This document shows positions 44,301 through 52,043 of a stretch of DNA of 64,000 bases, piece by piece. The DNA is from an uncultured Rhabdochlamydiaceae bacterium (lineage in GTDB: Bacteria > Chlamydiota > Chlamydiia > Chlamydiales > Rhabdochlamydiaceae), in the NCBI GenBank assembly GCA_963712275.1, contig CAVQHD010000001.1:712362-776361 (forward strand). The letters are read 5' to 3'. The translations under genes were made by a program, and so were the position numbers. How positions within the stretch are numbered: position 1 is the stretch's first letter; the number at the start of each line of letters is the position of its first letter. The notes under the pieces were generated by a model, which was given only the letters and a program-made list of their open reading frames with translations, had not been told where the DNA came from and made no database searches.

Positions 44301-45842
44301 AGAGGCTTCGTATTGCGCAAGGATTTTATCAACCCCTTTAGCAATGACGTAGATTGAATTGATTTTAAAACCGCTAGGAGGCATTGCCTGACCAAGCGTG
44401 GAGGGAGAAAAGACGATGAGTCCTAATTTTTTTTCAGATGCAGGCAATTTTTGATACGTTTCATAGTCCCAGATTGGGAAGACATTTCTCTGAAGGTCTG
44501 GGTGGCGGGGAGCCCAGCTATCGAGTAGAGTGTTGTAGAGGATGTCGGTTTCTGCTTTCGCGACATGGTAAAGACGAAAGGCAAGGAATGATTGCGCCTC
44601 AGGCAAATCATGCAATTTGATCACAAAATGGTGTAGAAACGGTTTAATCTTCTCTCCTGATTGACGAGAGAGGGCTGCAATTTCATTAAAAATCAGTTGG
44701 TCTAGTCGCTGCTGGTCTAGGCCGAGAAGGTTGTCTCTTAAATTTTGAATATCCGAGTAAAGGTTGAGGGAGACAGCTGCTTGATTCCAATCGATGGTTA
44801 AACTCTCAATAAGTGGATGGCGTCCCTGTAAAGAAAATGTTTGCTCAGGTCCCATTGGAGTGGACTTTAGGATGGATGCCATGATTTCAAAATCTAGCGG
44901 AGACACGCCCCCTGAAAACTCTCCCATGTATTTACGAACTAAAGTAGTTGTTTCGGAGAGAACGGTTTCTCGTTTAATCAAAAACTCCAATTTCTGCTGT
45001 TTGATAATATCGGCAGACGATCCCTCTTCAAATTTTTCCTGAGTCAAAGAAATTCGTTCGAGCCGTCCTTGGTCTTTTAAACGATCGAGTGTTGATAACC
45101 AAGCATCAATGAACGGACGAGATCCATTGTGTGAAAAAGAGGCAAAATACCGCTGCCTAATGGAGGGATTTTTTTCAAAGATTTTTGAGACATGAAGCAA
45201 ATTTTGGCAGGCTTGGACGAGAAGGTCTTGAGCTGCAGCATCTTCTGGATGGTTTAGAGCGGATTGAATGAGCGAGCTGTTTTCAGAAGGGTTTCCTAAA
45301 GCTGCCCCTAAAAAGATCAGCCGGTCGTTCATCAGAGCTCGATAAAATTCTGTTGGATGGCCTTGAGCGTCTTTCAGGGCTCCATACTGAAAATAGGCGC
45401 TCAGCTCATGAGGCTTAAAATGAATAGGAACGCGTCTTTTGACCGTGACTGTTTTACTTGTAAATTCTTGATCATGAAGCTGGAGCTCGGCTGGTGAAAA
45501 TTCGATCAGTCTTCCGGCGCGAGGAAGAAAGCGGCGAAATAGGTTTGCTTGCCCAAGATCGTTAAATTTAACCTGCACGAGTTGCGGACTTGCTGCATCG
45601 ATTTGAATAGAAAGGGGTTTGACCCCAATCAATTTGGAAAAAGAGTCGATCCAGGCAATCGATTGGCTTTCTAAAGCGTTAACACGATCGGCGATCTGGG
45701 TAGCAACCGCTTCTGCCCGTTTCTGGTCAATAGGGGATTTTAAGGGTTTTGTGTAGAAAAAAATAGTTGGCAGAATGTTATAGACGGTTAAAATAAGTGC
45801 GCTGATAATCAAACAAAGATGCCATCGCTTAGGTCGTTCCAT
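41334..45842 (-). CDS. secDF: Fused protein-export membrane protein SecDF with very large periplasmic domain
   Basis: 1502 aa with an N-terminal TM helix and a periplasmic region of about 900 aa. It is followed by a SecD TM bundle and a SecF TM bundle (two RND-like 6-TM blocks). Confidence 0.95.
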   Translation of the reverse strand: MERPKRWHLCLIISALILTVYNILPTIFFYTKPLKSPIDQKRAEAVATQIADRVNALESQSIAWIDSFSKLIGVKPLSIQIDAASPQLVQVKFNDLGQANLFRRFLPRAGRLIEFSPAELQLHDQEFTSKTVTVKRRVPIHFKPHELSAYFQYGALKDAQGHPTEFYRALMNDRLIFLGAALGNPSENSSLIQSALNHPEDAAAQDLLVQACQNLLHVSKIFEKNPSIRQRYFASFSHNGSRPFIDAWLSTLDRLKDQGRLERISLTQEKFEEGSSADIIKQQKLEFLIKRETVLSETTTLVRKYMGEFSGGVSPLDFEIMASILKSTPMGPEQTFSLQGRHPLIESLTIDWNQAAVSLNLYSDIQNLRDNLLGLDQQRLDQLIFNEIAALSRQSGEKIKPFLHHFVIKLHDLPEAQSFLAFRLYHVAKAETDILYNTLLDSWAPRHPDLQRNVFPIWDYETYQKLPASEKKLGLIVFSPSTLGQAMPPSGFKINSIYVIAKGVDKILAQYEASPSGTEESAKEFLQDFNNLRTLLQKNGFIGYSGAAYPIASQFKSDFIFEHEDYYQDLLKATRESFSVHGTKRYALLEFSNFEERILTENKIDNQIHEELLKWRDDYRAARVDLKGAKKFDVPAPTKNVLWDNLKLSFVKYFRGDERKIIRWGLDLSGGKTVQLELRDTHNNLVTNESDIRQGMSELYNRVNKMGVAEVTIRQEGNSIALDFPGSQSLSAAELVKASSMFFHLVNEKFMLSPTLADATHRFLQDVWNEAVVTGKKESEEINTIACRHLYGESSGLEEAVQPRSAAAKTLYDAGLRLAFPQDGGGSSIFDETFSKIGCYRGDDFTDWHGQTHPLLIVFRNYALEGSSLENIRASYDSSKGNFLGFGVQGSSVTKDGAKLTPRDDLQAWTSQFAKEKISGTPLEAYSRGSGWRMAVILNGSVITAPTVDSVLRESASITGSFTQREISRLESDLKAGSLSFTPRILSEKNVSPELGSQERIHGIAATITALILAIGTMIAYYRFGGVVASVAVILNLLIMWATLQNLGATLTLAGIAGIILTVAMAVDANVLVFERIREEFAATGRIASAVHAGYRKALSAIVDSNITTIIAALILLNFDAGPIRGFAITLIIGIISSLFTALFMTRFFFSWWVLNPHHRELKMANLIRSTHFDFLRFTKPTLLVSAIVILVGTCCFISHQKTILGMDFTGGYALTVDLPISSQNNYRAQVEEALSNQGLSSQQFQIRELHPSNQVRIFLSHSLDQKGGPFYQTNAPINTEGYPYEGNAKITWIVQALQASNIQLSPAVLQDLGEHWTSISGQMSQTMQTSAVIGMSIALLCILAYITLRFEFKYAVSATLCLIHDVVFCLCVLALLNVLGLPLQIDLHTVAALMTIVGYSLNDTIIIFDRIREDVQAMRKRSLSEIINHALNVTLSRTLMTSGITLLVLIPLILLGGSTLFGFALVMAIGVVFGTLSSLFIAAPLMQFFHNREQESLSSES

Positions 45843-45921
45843 ATTTTAATCCTGCTAATGTTTGAGTCGTGTTCGGTACAAGAATACCTGAGCTGAATCG
45901 CAAACTTCAATGTAAAATTCA

Positions 45922-46139
45922 GGACATAGGAAACTAGAGCAGATATTTGAAACTTTTATCGAGACAGGCTTATTTCCATTTCTTCACCACAGAGACACAG
46001 AGAGGGATGAGATTGCACAGAGTAAAAAAATTTTACTCTGTGCAATCTCATCCCTCTCTGTGTCTCTGTGGTGAAGAAATGGAAGCAAGTCTGAGTGGGC
46101 AAAAGTTTCAAATATCTGTCCCAACTTCCTAATTCCCTG
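45922..46139. repeat. 218-bp palindromic element (family B, copy B4) flanked by a 12-bp direct repeat
   Basis: The family-B core spans 45943-46115 with an altered, mirrored inner stem (GCACAGAGTAAAA/TTTTACTCTGTGC). ATGTAAAATTCA occurs at 45910-45921 and 46140-46151. Confidence 0.85.
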
Positions 46140-46220
46140 ATGTAAAATTCACTCGAGCTAGCTCTTATATCCTAGAATTGGTAAATTGAAGCCAGTTTTT
46201 AGATTTAAAAAAATATTTTA

Positions 46221-46961
46221 ATGAAAACAGAAGCTACTCTTTTGGAAACACCGAAATTAGACATGCAGAGCATGCCTGAACATGTTGCCATCATTATGGA
46301 TGGGAACCGGAGATGGGCAATGACCAAGGGGCTTCCTCCGGTTGTCGGTCATTGGTATGGGGCTGAAGCGCTGTCTAAAATTGTTGAAGCAGCTGCCTCA
46401 ATGGGTATCAAGACATTGACGGTGTATGCATTTTCAACTGAAAATTGGAATAGAGCAGAAGAAGAGGTGAGCTCGCTCATGGAGCTATTTCGGATGTATC
46501 TGGTGGCTCAAAAAGATCGAATGGTGCGAGAGGGGGTCCGTTTCAATACTATTGGAAATGTCGGATCGATGCCGTCTGATATTAAGAAAATTCTTAATGA
46601 TGTGAGGGAAGCGACGAGACTAGGAGATAAAATAGATCTTGTTTTAGCTATCAATTATGGGGCCCGAGATGATATTCGTCGTGCAACGGTTTCAATTGTG
46701 AGTGACTGTCTGCAAGGGCGCCTGCAAAAAGAGGAAATCACGGAGTCGGTGATCTCTCAGTACTTAGATACGGCTTCTTGGAAGCATCCTGAGCTTTTAA
46801 TTCGAACAAGTGGAGAAAAACGGCTTAGTAATTTTTTACTTTGGGAGATTTCTTACGCTGAAGTTTACCTTACCGATGTTTTATGGCCTGACTTTAATGA
46901 AGAGGAGTTGACAAAGGCCATCATAGAATTTCAAAGACGTGTGAGGCGCATTGGATGTTAA
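46221..46961 (+). CDS. uppS: Undecaprenyl diphosphate synthase
   Basis: 246 aa with HVAIIMDGNRRWA, FSTENW and RTSGEKRLSNFLLWE. Confidence 0.95.
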   Translation: MKTEATLLETPKLDMQSMPEHVAIIMDGNRRWAMTKGLPPVVGHWYGAEALSKIVEAAASMGIKTLTVYAFSTENWNRAEEEVSSLMELFRMYLVAQKDRMVREGVRFNTIGNVGSMPSDIKKILNDVREATRLGDKIDLVLAINYGARDDIRRATVSIVSDCLQGRLQKEEITESVISQYLDTASWKHPELLIRTSGEKRLSNFLLWEISYAEVYLTDVLWPDFNEEELTKAIIEFQRRVRRIGC

Positions 46962-47800
46962 AAATAAAAAGCAAGAATGAGTTTTACCATCGTTTAATGA
47001 GTTCATCGATTGCGATTACAGCTGTAGGTCTTTTGGTGGGTTTTGCCTATCATCCATGGGTGAATGTTTTACTCGTTTTAACAATTGCGATTCTTACCAG
47101 TGTCGGTGTATGGGAGTATGCTAAACTAGCGCAAGCAAAAGGGATTGAGCCTGCTAAAACGTTGATGGTTGGTGTAGGTGCTATTGAAGTGCTCGCCTTT
47201 TACGCGGCAATTGCCTATCCTGAATGGTCTAAGATAACGCTTCCCATTATGGTATTAGGGTTTATCTCGTTTTTTGTTGCTCATTTCCGAAACGCTGAAA
47301 ATGCCCTTCTTCATGTCGCCGTCGAATTTTTTGGGGTTTGCTACGTCTCGATTCCTTTTAGTTTTATGTTGGCGATTTTATATCCTTCTCATGCAGTAGA
47401 AGATGGCCGTTTTTGGTTGTTTTACTTAATTGCAGTGACAAAAATCACCGATATTGGGGGGTATTTTGTAGGGAAACTTATAGGGAAACATCCACTGGCT
47501 CCTCAGCTGAGTCCTCGAAAAACGGTTGAAGGGGCTATTGGAGGATTTTGTTTTGCGGTTGCCTTAAGCCTCTGTTTTGCTTCGATTGCCAACCTCATGG
47601 GATGTCATCTCTCTCTTTTTAATGCAGCATGGTTAGGGATAGTAATTGGAGTGCTTGCTCAGGTGGGAGACCTCGCCGAGTCGGTTTTAAAAAGGGATGC
47701 TTTAGTCAAAGATAGCAACAAAATTCCAGGAATTGGAGGCGTGCTAGATATGGTTGATTCTGTTCTTTTGACAGCCCCTATTGTTTATTTTTTTACATGA
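46955..47800 (+). CDS. cdsA: Phosphatidate cytidylyltransferase (CDP-diglyceride synthase)
   Basis: 281 aa, polytopic, with the C-terminal signature SVLKRDALVKDSNKIPGIGGVLDMVDS. Confidence 0.93.
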   Translation: MLKIKSKNEFYHRLMSSSIAITAVGLLVGFAYHPWVNVLLVLTIAILTSVGVWEYAKLAQAKGIEPAKTLMVGVGAIEVLAFYAAIAYPEWSKITLPIMVLGFISFFVAHFRNAENALLHVAVEFFGVCYVSIPFSFMLAILYPSHAVEDGRFWLFYLIAVTKITDIGGYFVGKLIGKHPLAPQLSPRKTVEGAIGGFCFAVALSLCFASIANLMGCHLSLFNAAWLGIVIGVLAQVGDLAESVLKRDALVKDSNKIPGIGGVLDMVDSVLLTAPIVYFFT

Positions 47801-49137
47801 TTGTCACAATTGATGGTCCAGCTGGGACTGGCAAAACAACGGTTGCTCAAAAGGTTGCTCAAAAGCTGAAGCTCCCTTACTTTGACACGGGAGCCATGTA
47901 TCGTGCGGTTGCCTACAGTCTCCTCCATGAGAAAATTTCTCTCTCAGATGAGAGGCGAATCAGTGAATTTTTGTCCGATTTTCAATTTGAGATCCGGTGG
48001 ACTAGTGGACACTGCCGCTACTCAGCAAATGGGATGGATGTCACGGAGGTCATTCGATCGCCAGCTGTGACCAATATTGTATCTGCTGTTTCAGCTCTTC
48101 CAGCTGTTCGTGAAGCCCTTTGGAAAATTCAACGTCGTTTTGCAAGAAGAAACGGAGGAGTATTTGAAGGGCGTGATATGGGGTCAGTCGTTTTTCCTGA
48201 GGCAAAGATAAAAATTTTTCTAACAGCTCGCCCTGAAATTCGAGCAGAGCGCAGGCTTTCCGAATTAAAAGAAAAACGGCCTGAAGACGTAAAACAGATG
48301 ACGCAGGAGCAGATGATCCAAGAGCTCTTGAGGCGAGATCAGTTAGATTCTTCTCGGATCCTTGCGCCTCTCCAGTGCCCCCCAGATGCTTATCTTGTAG
48401 ATACCTCAGCGCTCACATTAGATCAGGTTGTGGAGAGAATTTTAGAATACTATCAGAAAAAAAGCTTGAAGCCTGCATGGGTCCGTCTCAAAAGAGTTCA
48501 ACTGTTGTACCGCTTTGTTCTCCTGCTTACCTGGCTTTTTTGCAAGTTATTTTACCGTTTAAAGATTTACGGTCTTCAACATTTTTATCCACGAGGCGCG
48601 ATTTTAGCTGCTAATCACGCCTCTTTTCTGGATCCTCCGATTGTCGCCGTTTCATGGCCCGAAGAAGTTCATTTTTTAGCGCGGCAGACGCTCTTTCACA
48701 ATCGATGGTTTGGAAGCTTTATTCGGCGCTTAAATGCCCATCCTGTGACAGGAGAACCCGGCGATATTCAGGTTATGAAGACAATCTGCAGACTTTTGGA
48801 TCAAGGGCATAAGGTTGTTTTATTTCCAGAAGGCACGAGGTCTGAATCAGGGGAACTTCAGTCTATCAAGCCTGGCATTAGCCTGCTTGTTAGCCGGTCT
48901 CAGTCGGCTATTATTCCTGTTTACCTTCATGGAACATATGAGATTTGGGGACGAAAGAGAAAATTCCCTCGGTTATTTGGTCGAATTATTTGTGTGTTTG
49001 GGTCGCCTATTACCTGGGATTCTGTTGCCGGGATGGGGAAAAAAGAGGCTCAGCACCTTTTAAATCAAAGACTTGAAGAAGCGTGGCGCAATTTAAAAGC
49101 ATGGACTCAGAAAGGGGCTATTGGAATTCCTCCTTGA
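47797..49137 (+). CDS. Fusion protein: cytidylate kinase (N-terminal) plus 1-acyl-sn-glycerol-3-phosphate acyltransferase PlsC (C-terminal)
   Basis: One uninterrupted 446-aa ORF. Residues 1 to about 220 are Cmk (IVTIDGPAGTGKTT, GRDMGSVVFP). A hydrophobic linker follows. The rest carries the LPLAT motifs ANHASFLDPP (HxxxxD) and FPEGTRS. Confidence 0.9.
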   Translation: MIVTIDGPAGTGKTTVAQKVAQKLKLPYFDTGAMYRAVAYSLLHEKISLSDERRISEFLSDFQFEIRWTSGHCRYSANGMDVTEVIRSPAVTNIVSAVSALPAVREALWKIQRRFARRNGGVFEGRDMGSVVFPEAKIKIFLTARPEIRAERRLSELKEKRPEDVKQMTQEQMIQELLRRDQLDSSRILAPLQCPPDAYLVDTSALTLDQVVERILEYYQKKSLKPAWVRLKRVQLLYRFVLLLTWLFCKLFYRLKIYGLQHFYPRGAILAANHASFLDPPIVAVSWPEEVHFLARQTLFHNRWFGSFIRRLNAHPVTGEPGDIQVMKTICRLLDQGHKVVLFPEGTRSESGELQSIKPGISLLVSRSQSAIIPVYLHGTYEIWGRKRKFPRLFGRIICVFGSPITWDSVAGMGKKEAQHLLNQRLEEAWRNLKAWTQKGAIGIPP

Positions 49138-49151
49138 GAAAAGGGAGAAAA

Positions 49152-49235
49152 TGCGGCCAAGATGATTTGAACATCCACCGAGTTGCCTCGACTAGAACCT
49201 GAATCTAGCGCGTCTGCCAGTTCCGCCATGGCCGC
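49152..49235 (-). tRNA. tRNA-Leu (anticodon CAG), long variable arm
   Basis: The reverse complement is GCGGCCATGGCGGAACTGGCAGACGCGCTAGATTCAGGTTCTAGTCGAGGCAACTCGGTGGATGTTCAAATCATCTTGGCCGCA. Acceptor stem is GCGGCCA/TGGCCGC. Anticodon stem is CTAGA/TCTAG with loop TTCAGGT. Confidence 0.9.
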
Positions 49236-49242
49236 TTTGTAT

Positions 49243-49298
49243 GAGGGAGCTTGCAAAACTCCGATTTAACCTCCAAAGCGAGTTTTGAGAGCTCCTTC
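49243..49298. repeat. Imperfect palindrome made of two IS-end-like motifs
   Basis: GAGGGAGCTTGCAAAACTC, an 18-nt spacer, then GAGTTTTGAGAGCTCCTTC. The arms match at 16 of 19 positions. The left arm resembles the IS terminal repeat GAGGGAATTGCAAAACTA. Confidence 0.6.
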
Positions 49299-49407
49299 AT
49301 AAGAATGAGAATAATACCATTCCTATCCTTTTTCGTTGCTTGCTTTTTCGTGTTAATTTGGTATAGTTGGGGTCTAAGACAGCTTCTAAGCAGCAGAGAG
49401 GATTAGG

Positions 49408-49737
49408 ATGAGCGAGCATATCAAGCATATAACGGAAGATCATTTTGAATCGACGATTAAGACAGGGGCGACGCTTGTTGACTTTTATGCAGATTGGTGT
49501 GGCCCATGCCGCATGATCACCCCTCACCTTGAATCTTTAGCAAAAGAACTGCAGGGGCAAGTCACCATTGTAAAAATTGATGTAGACCATGCTCAACGGG
49601 TTGCATCTACCTATCAAGTCACTTCAATTCCAACGCTTATTCTCTTCCACAATGGAAAAGAAACTGGTCGGATTGTTGGAGTCAGAGACGCAAAGGCGAT
49701 TAAAGAATTTATCCAGGCGGCTAAGAAGCTGCCTTAA
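49408..49737 (+). CDS. trxA: Thioredoxin
   Basis: 109 aa with the WCGPC active site. Confidence 0.95.
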   Translation: MSEHIKHITEDHFESTIKTGATLVDFYADWCGPCRMITPHLESLAKELQGQVTIVKIDVDHAQRVASTYQVTSIPTLILFHNGKETGRIVGVRDAKAIKEFIQAAKKLP

Positions 49738-49761
49738 AACTTAGGTTTCTAGGACAGTTTC

Positions 49762-49834
49762 TATACTGCGCCCACCCCAAAAGTGTGAATTTTGGCACAG
49801 CCGAAATTCACACTTTTGGGGTGGGCGCAGTATA
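49762..49834. repeat. Hairpin with perfect 31-bp stem between convergent trxA and the XRE gene (terminator-like)
   Basis: TATACTGCGCCCACCCCAAAAGTGTGAATTT, an 11-nt loop, then AAATTCACACTTTTGGGGTGGGCGCAGTATA. Weaker outer pairing extends to about 49751-49846. There is no clean U-tract. Confidence 0.8.
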
Positions 49835-49846
49835 AAAAGCAGTCCC

Positions 49847-50062
49847 TTATTCATCTGTTAAAGCACGGTATTCCAGCAAATCGCCTGGTTGGCAATCGAG
49901 GACTTTACAGATACTTTCAAGAGTAGAGAACCTTAAAGCTCGGGCCTTCCCTGTTTTTAAAATAGAGAGATTTTGCTCAGTAATTCCAATCGCTTCGGCG
50001 AGTTCTTTTGAGCGCATTTTCTTTTTTGCTAAAGCTAGATCAAGATTAATAATAATTGGCAT
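49847..50062 (-). CDS. XRE-family HTH transcriptional regulator (YozG-like, about 70 aa)
   Basis: 71 aa. LALAKKKMRSKELAEAIGITEQNLSILKTGKARALRFSTLESICKVLDCQPGDLLEY is the short Cro/C1-type class usually paired with a DUF2975 membrane protein. Confidence 0.85.
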   Translation of the reverse strand: MPIIINLDLALAKKKMRSKELAEAIGITEQNLSILKTGKARALRFSTLESICKVLDCQPGDLLEYRALTDE

Positions 50063-50390
50063 AATTTTTTTTAATTAGACAACACGCTCGTTTGTATAGA
50101 AATAAATTTTAGGATACCATATTAACCTATCTGCAATATTCTTGGTAGGCAAGAAAAAAATAGATACCCCTCCTTGGCAGAAAGGAAGGTAGGATAGGGA
50201 TTTTTAAGTGCTGCCAAAAAGCAGATCTCATGTTTCTCACTGTCTACCGTCACATCCCGGGTTTTTTTTTGCACTTCAATAGTTCTCGTTTTTGAGGAGT
50301 ATAGCTAACTCCTTCTTTACAAAAAACCCAGGAATTTAAAGAGCCATAAGATTAACGATGTGAACGATATAACGATAAGAATGACAGTCT

Positions 50391-50468
50391 CTAAACCATT
50401 CCATGATATTCTTCTTCTAGACGACGCCCTTCTTCTATCACTTGGGCAACTAAAATGATAAGAAAAGC
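50391..50468 (-). pseudogene. Orphaned 3-prime fragment (25 codons plus stop) of the DUF2975-like gene cut by IS copy 2
   Basis: After the IS and one TSD copy are removed, the frame of 52044..52605 continues as FLIILVAQVIEEGRRLEEEYHGMV and ends at TAG 50393-50391. Confidence 0.7.
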
Positions 50469-52043
50469 GAGGGAATTGCAAAACTAGAAACGAAAAAGTG
50501 ATTTTTCGGGGATAGTGAATGCAAACCGGTTGGCAGGCCCCGAAAAATCACTTTTTCGATTCCAGTCTCGTAATTTTAGATGTTTTATCCAAAAAATCTT
50601 CACTGTGAGAACAAGCGGGAGCCCATTTGATCATTGGCCAGAAGACTTTTTCACCCTACAGCAAGATTACGTGACCAATTTCATCAATTGGTCGGCTGTC
50701 AATACCAACACGCCAAACATAAGATGGCACGCAACCTTACTAAGTCCGCGCACCCTGAGTTTGCAAGCACCAAATTCATCTTTCAGACGAGAATTGGTTC
50801 GTTCCGCAGCTGTCCTTTCATTATAACGCAGTGTTTCTGGGAAAATTAAATTCAGAGTTCTTCTTGCAAGACTTTCCGCTTCAAGGTCTTTTTTGAGCTG
50901 TTTGTCTGCTCTTGGATTCTTATCGATTAGGGGCTTGTGTCCGAGAGATTGGCTATGTGCGATAATACCTGGGATGTCGTAAGCGGCATCCATGAGGTCA
51001 TAGCAGTTGATGATTCTCGTGGCAGTTAAAGTGGCCAGAGGAATTGCAACCTGACTGTCATGAACTGAAGCTGAAGTAACAATAGCGCTGACAGGGATGC
51101 CTCCGTCAATGGTATCTAAATGTAACTTGTAGCCAGTCCAGTACATTGTATTACCTTTGCTGTCTTTTTTAGCACCTTTGTCGCATGCTGTCGGTAAATC
51201 AGCCAGCATTTCTTCTAGCGTCATCGTTTTTTGTCTGTCTATGCGCGTAGGTTCGGGTTTGGCTCGTTTTTGGCCTTTTTTAGGGCGACCTTTTTTCTTT
51301 GGCTCCAATTCCTGATCCGGATCTTCACTGTTTTGCGTTGCCTTGTTCTTAGTTTTGGTTTGCGGCCGTTCTCGAGCCTCGATTGCGGTTGAATCGCGTG
51401 AATTATGCAAAACGACTTCGTTTTTCAATGTCTTTACAATCAGCGCCTCATGTGCGCGCTGAGGAAGCCCTGTTTTAGCAAACTCAGTGAAGGCTCTAGA
51501 AAAAGTAGCCTCACTAGGCAGTTCAGACAGAGATTCCCACCCACAAATACGTCGTAGGTTTTTATCGCTTTTCAAGCGATCAATCAAAAATGTTGTCGTA
51601 TCGAGATTGTATACCATTTTAACAACGAATGATCTGGCAATTGCTGAACGTGTTTTTTGTGGGCGGCCCTCACATCCGTAATAGCAAGGAAGAAAGTCTT
51701 CGATGCGTACCACTTCCAAAATAGAAACCAATTGTTGCTGCTTTTCTGTCAGTGGATCGAGCTCTTCTTCTAACCAAGCGAAAAGAGAGCCTTGAATTTT
51801 TTCCCAATATTTTGATAAAGTGTCTGTCAGCTGACCCACGTGGTTTGCTCCTTGCTCTGATGTGATTGTTTGTCAGAAAGCTAATTATATCAGACGCAAG
51901 GTGTTTGTTAAAAGTGACTTGTGGTTGAAAATCGCAACGCTATTACAGAAATGACGAAAGGGAAGACTTTTTCGGAGTTGCTGTAGGTTTTGCTAAAACG
52001 GACCCGAAAAAGTCTTCCCTTTCGTTAGTTTTGCAATTCCCTC
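50469..52043 (-). mobile_element. Insertion sequence, copy 2 (1575 bp), inverted relative to copy 1
   Basis: It has the same 18-bp terminal repeats. The 4-bp target duplication is AAGC (50465-50468 and 52044-52047). The transposase protein is identical to copy 1. I saw at least one synonymous difference (GAC vs GAT in RLKDEF). Confidence 0.9.
50667..51839 (-). CDS. DDE transposase (IS4/IS5 superfamily), identical protein to 27954..29126
   Basis: The 390-aa translation in the ORF track is identical to copy 1. Confidence 0.92.
   Translation of the reverse strand: MGQLTDTLSKYWEKIQGSLFAWLEEELDPLTEKQQQLVSILEVVRIEDFLPCYYGCEGRPQKTRSAIARSFVVKMVYNLDTTTFLIDRLKSDKNLRRICGWESLSELPSEATFSRAFTEFAKTGLPQRAHEALIVKTLKNEVVLHNSRDSTAIEARERPQTKTKNKATQNSEDPDQELEPKKKGRPKKGQKRAKPEPTRIDRQKTMTLEEMLADLPTACDKGAKKDSKGNTMYWTGYKLHLDTIDGGIPVSAIVTSASVHDSQVAIPLATLTATRIINCYDLMDAAYDIPGIIAHSQSLGHKPLIDKNPRADKQLKKDLEAESLARRTLNLIFPETLRYNERTAAERTNSRLKDEFGACKLRVRGLSKVACHLMFGVLVLTADQLMKLVT

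Noticed and set aside
27750-52043. The two IS copies plus the intervening 21 kb could be a composite transposon.
   Set aside because: The interior consists of core housekeeping genes in chlamydia-typical order. Each IS also has its own matching 4-bp target duplication, which indicates two independent simple insertions.
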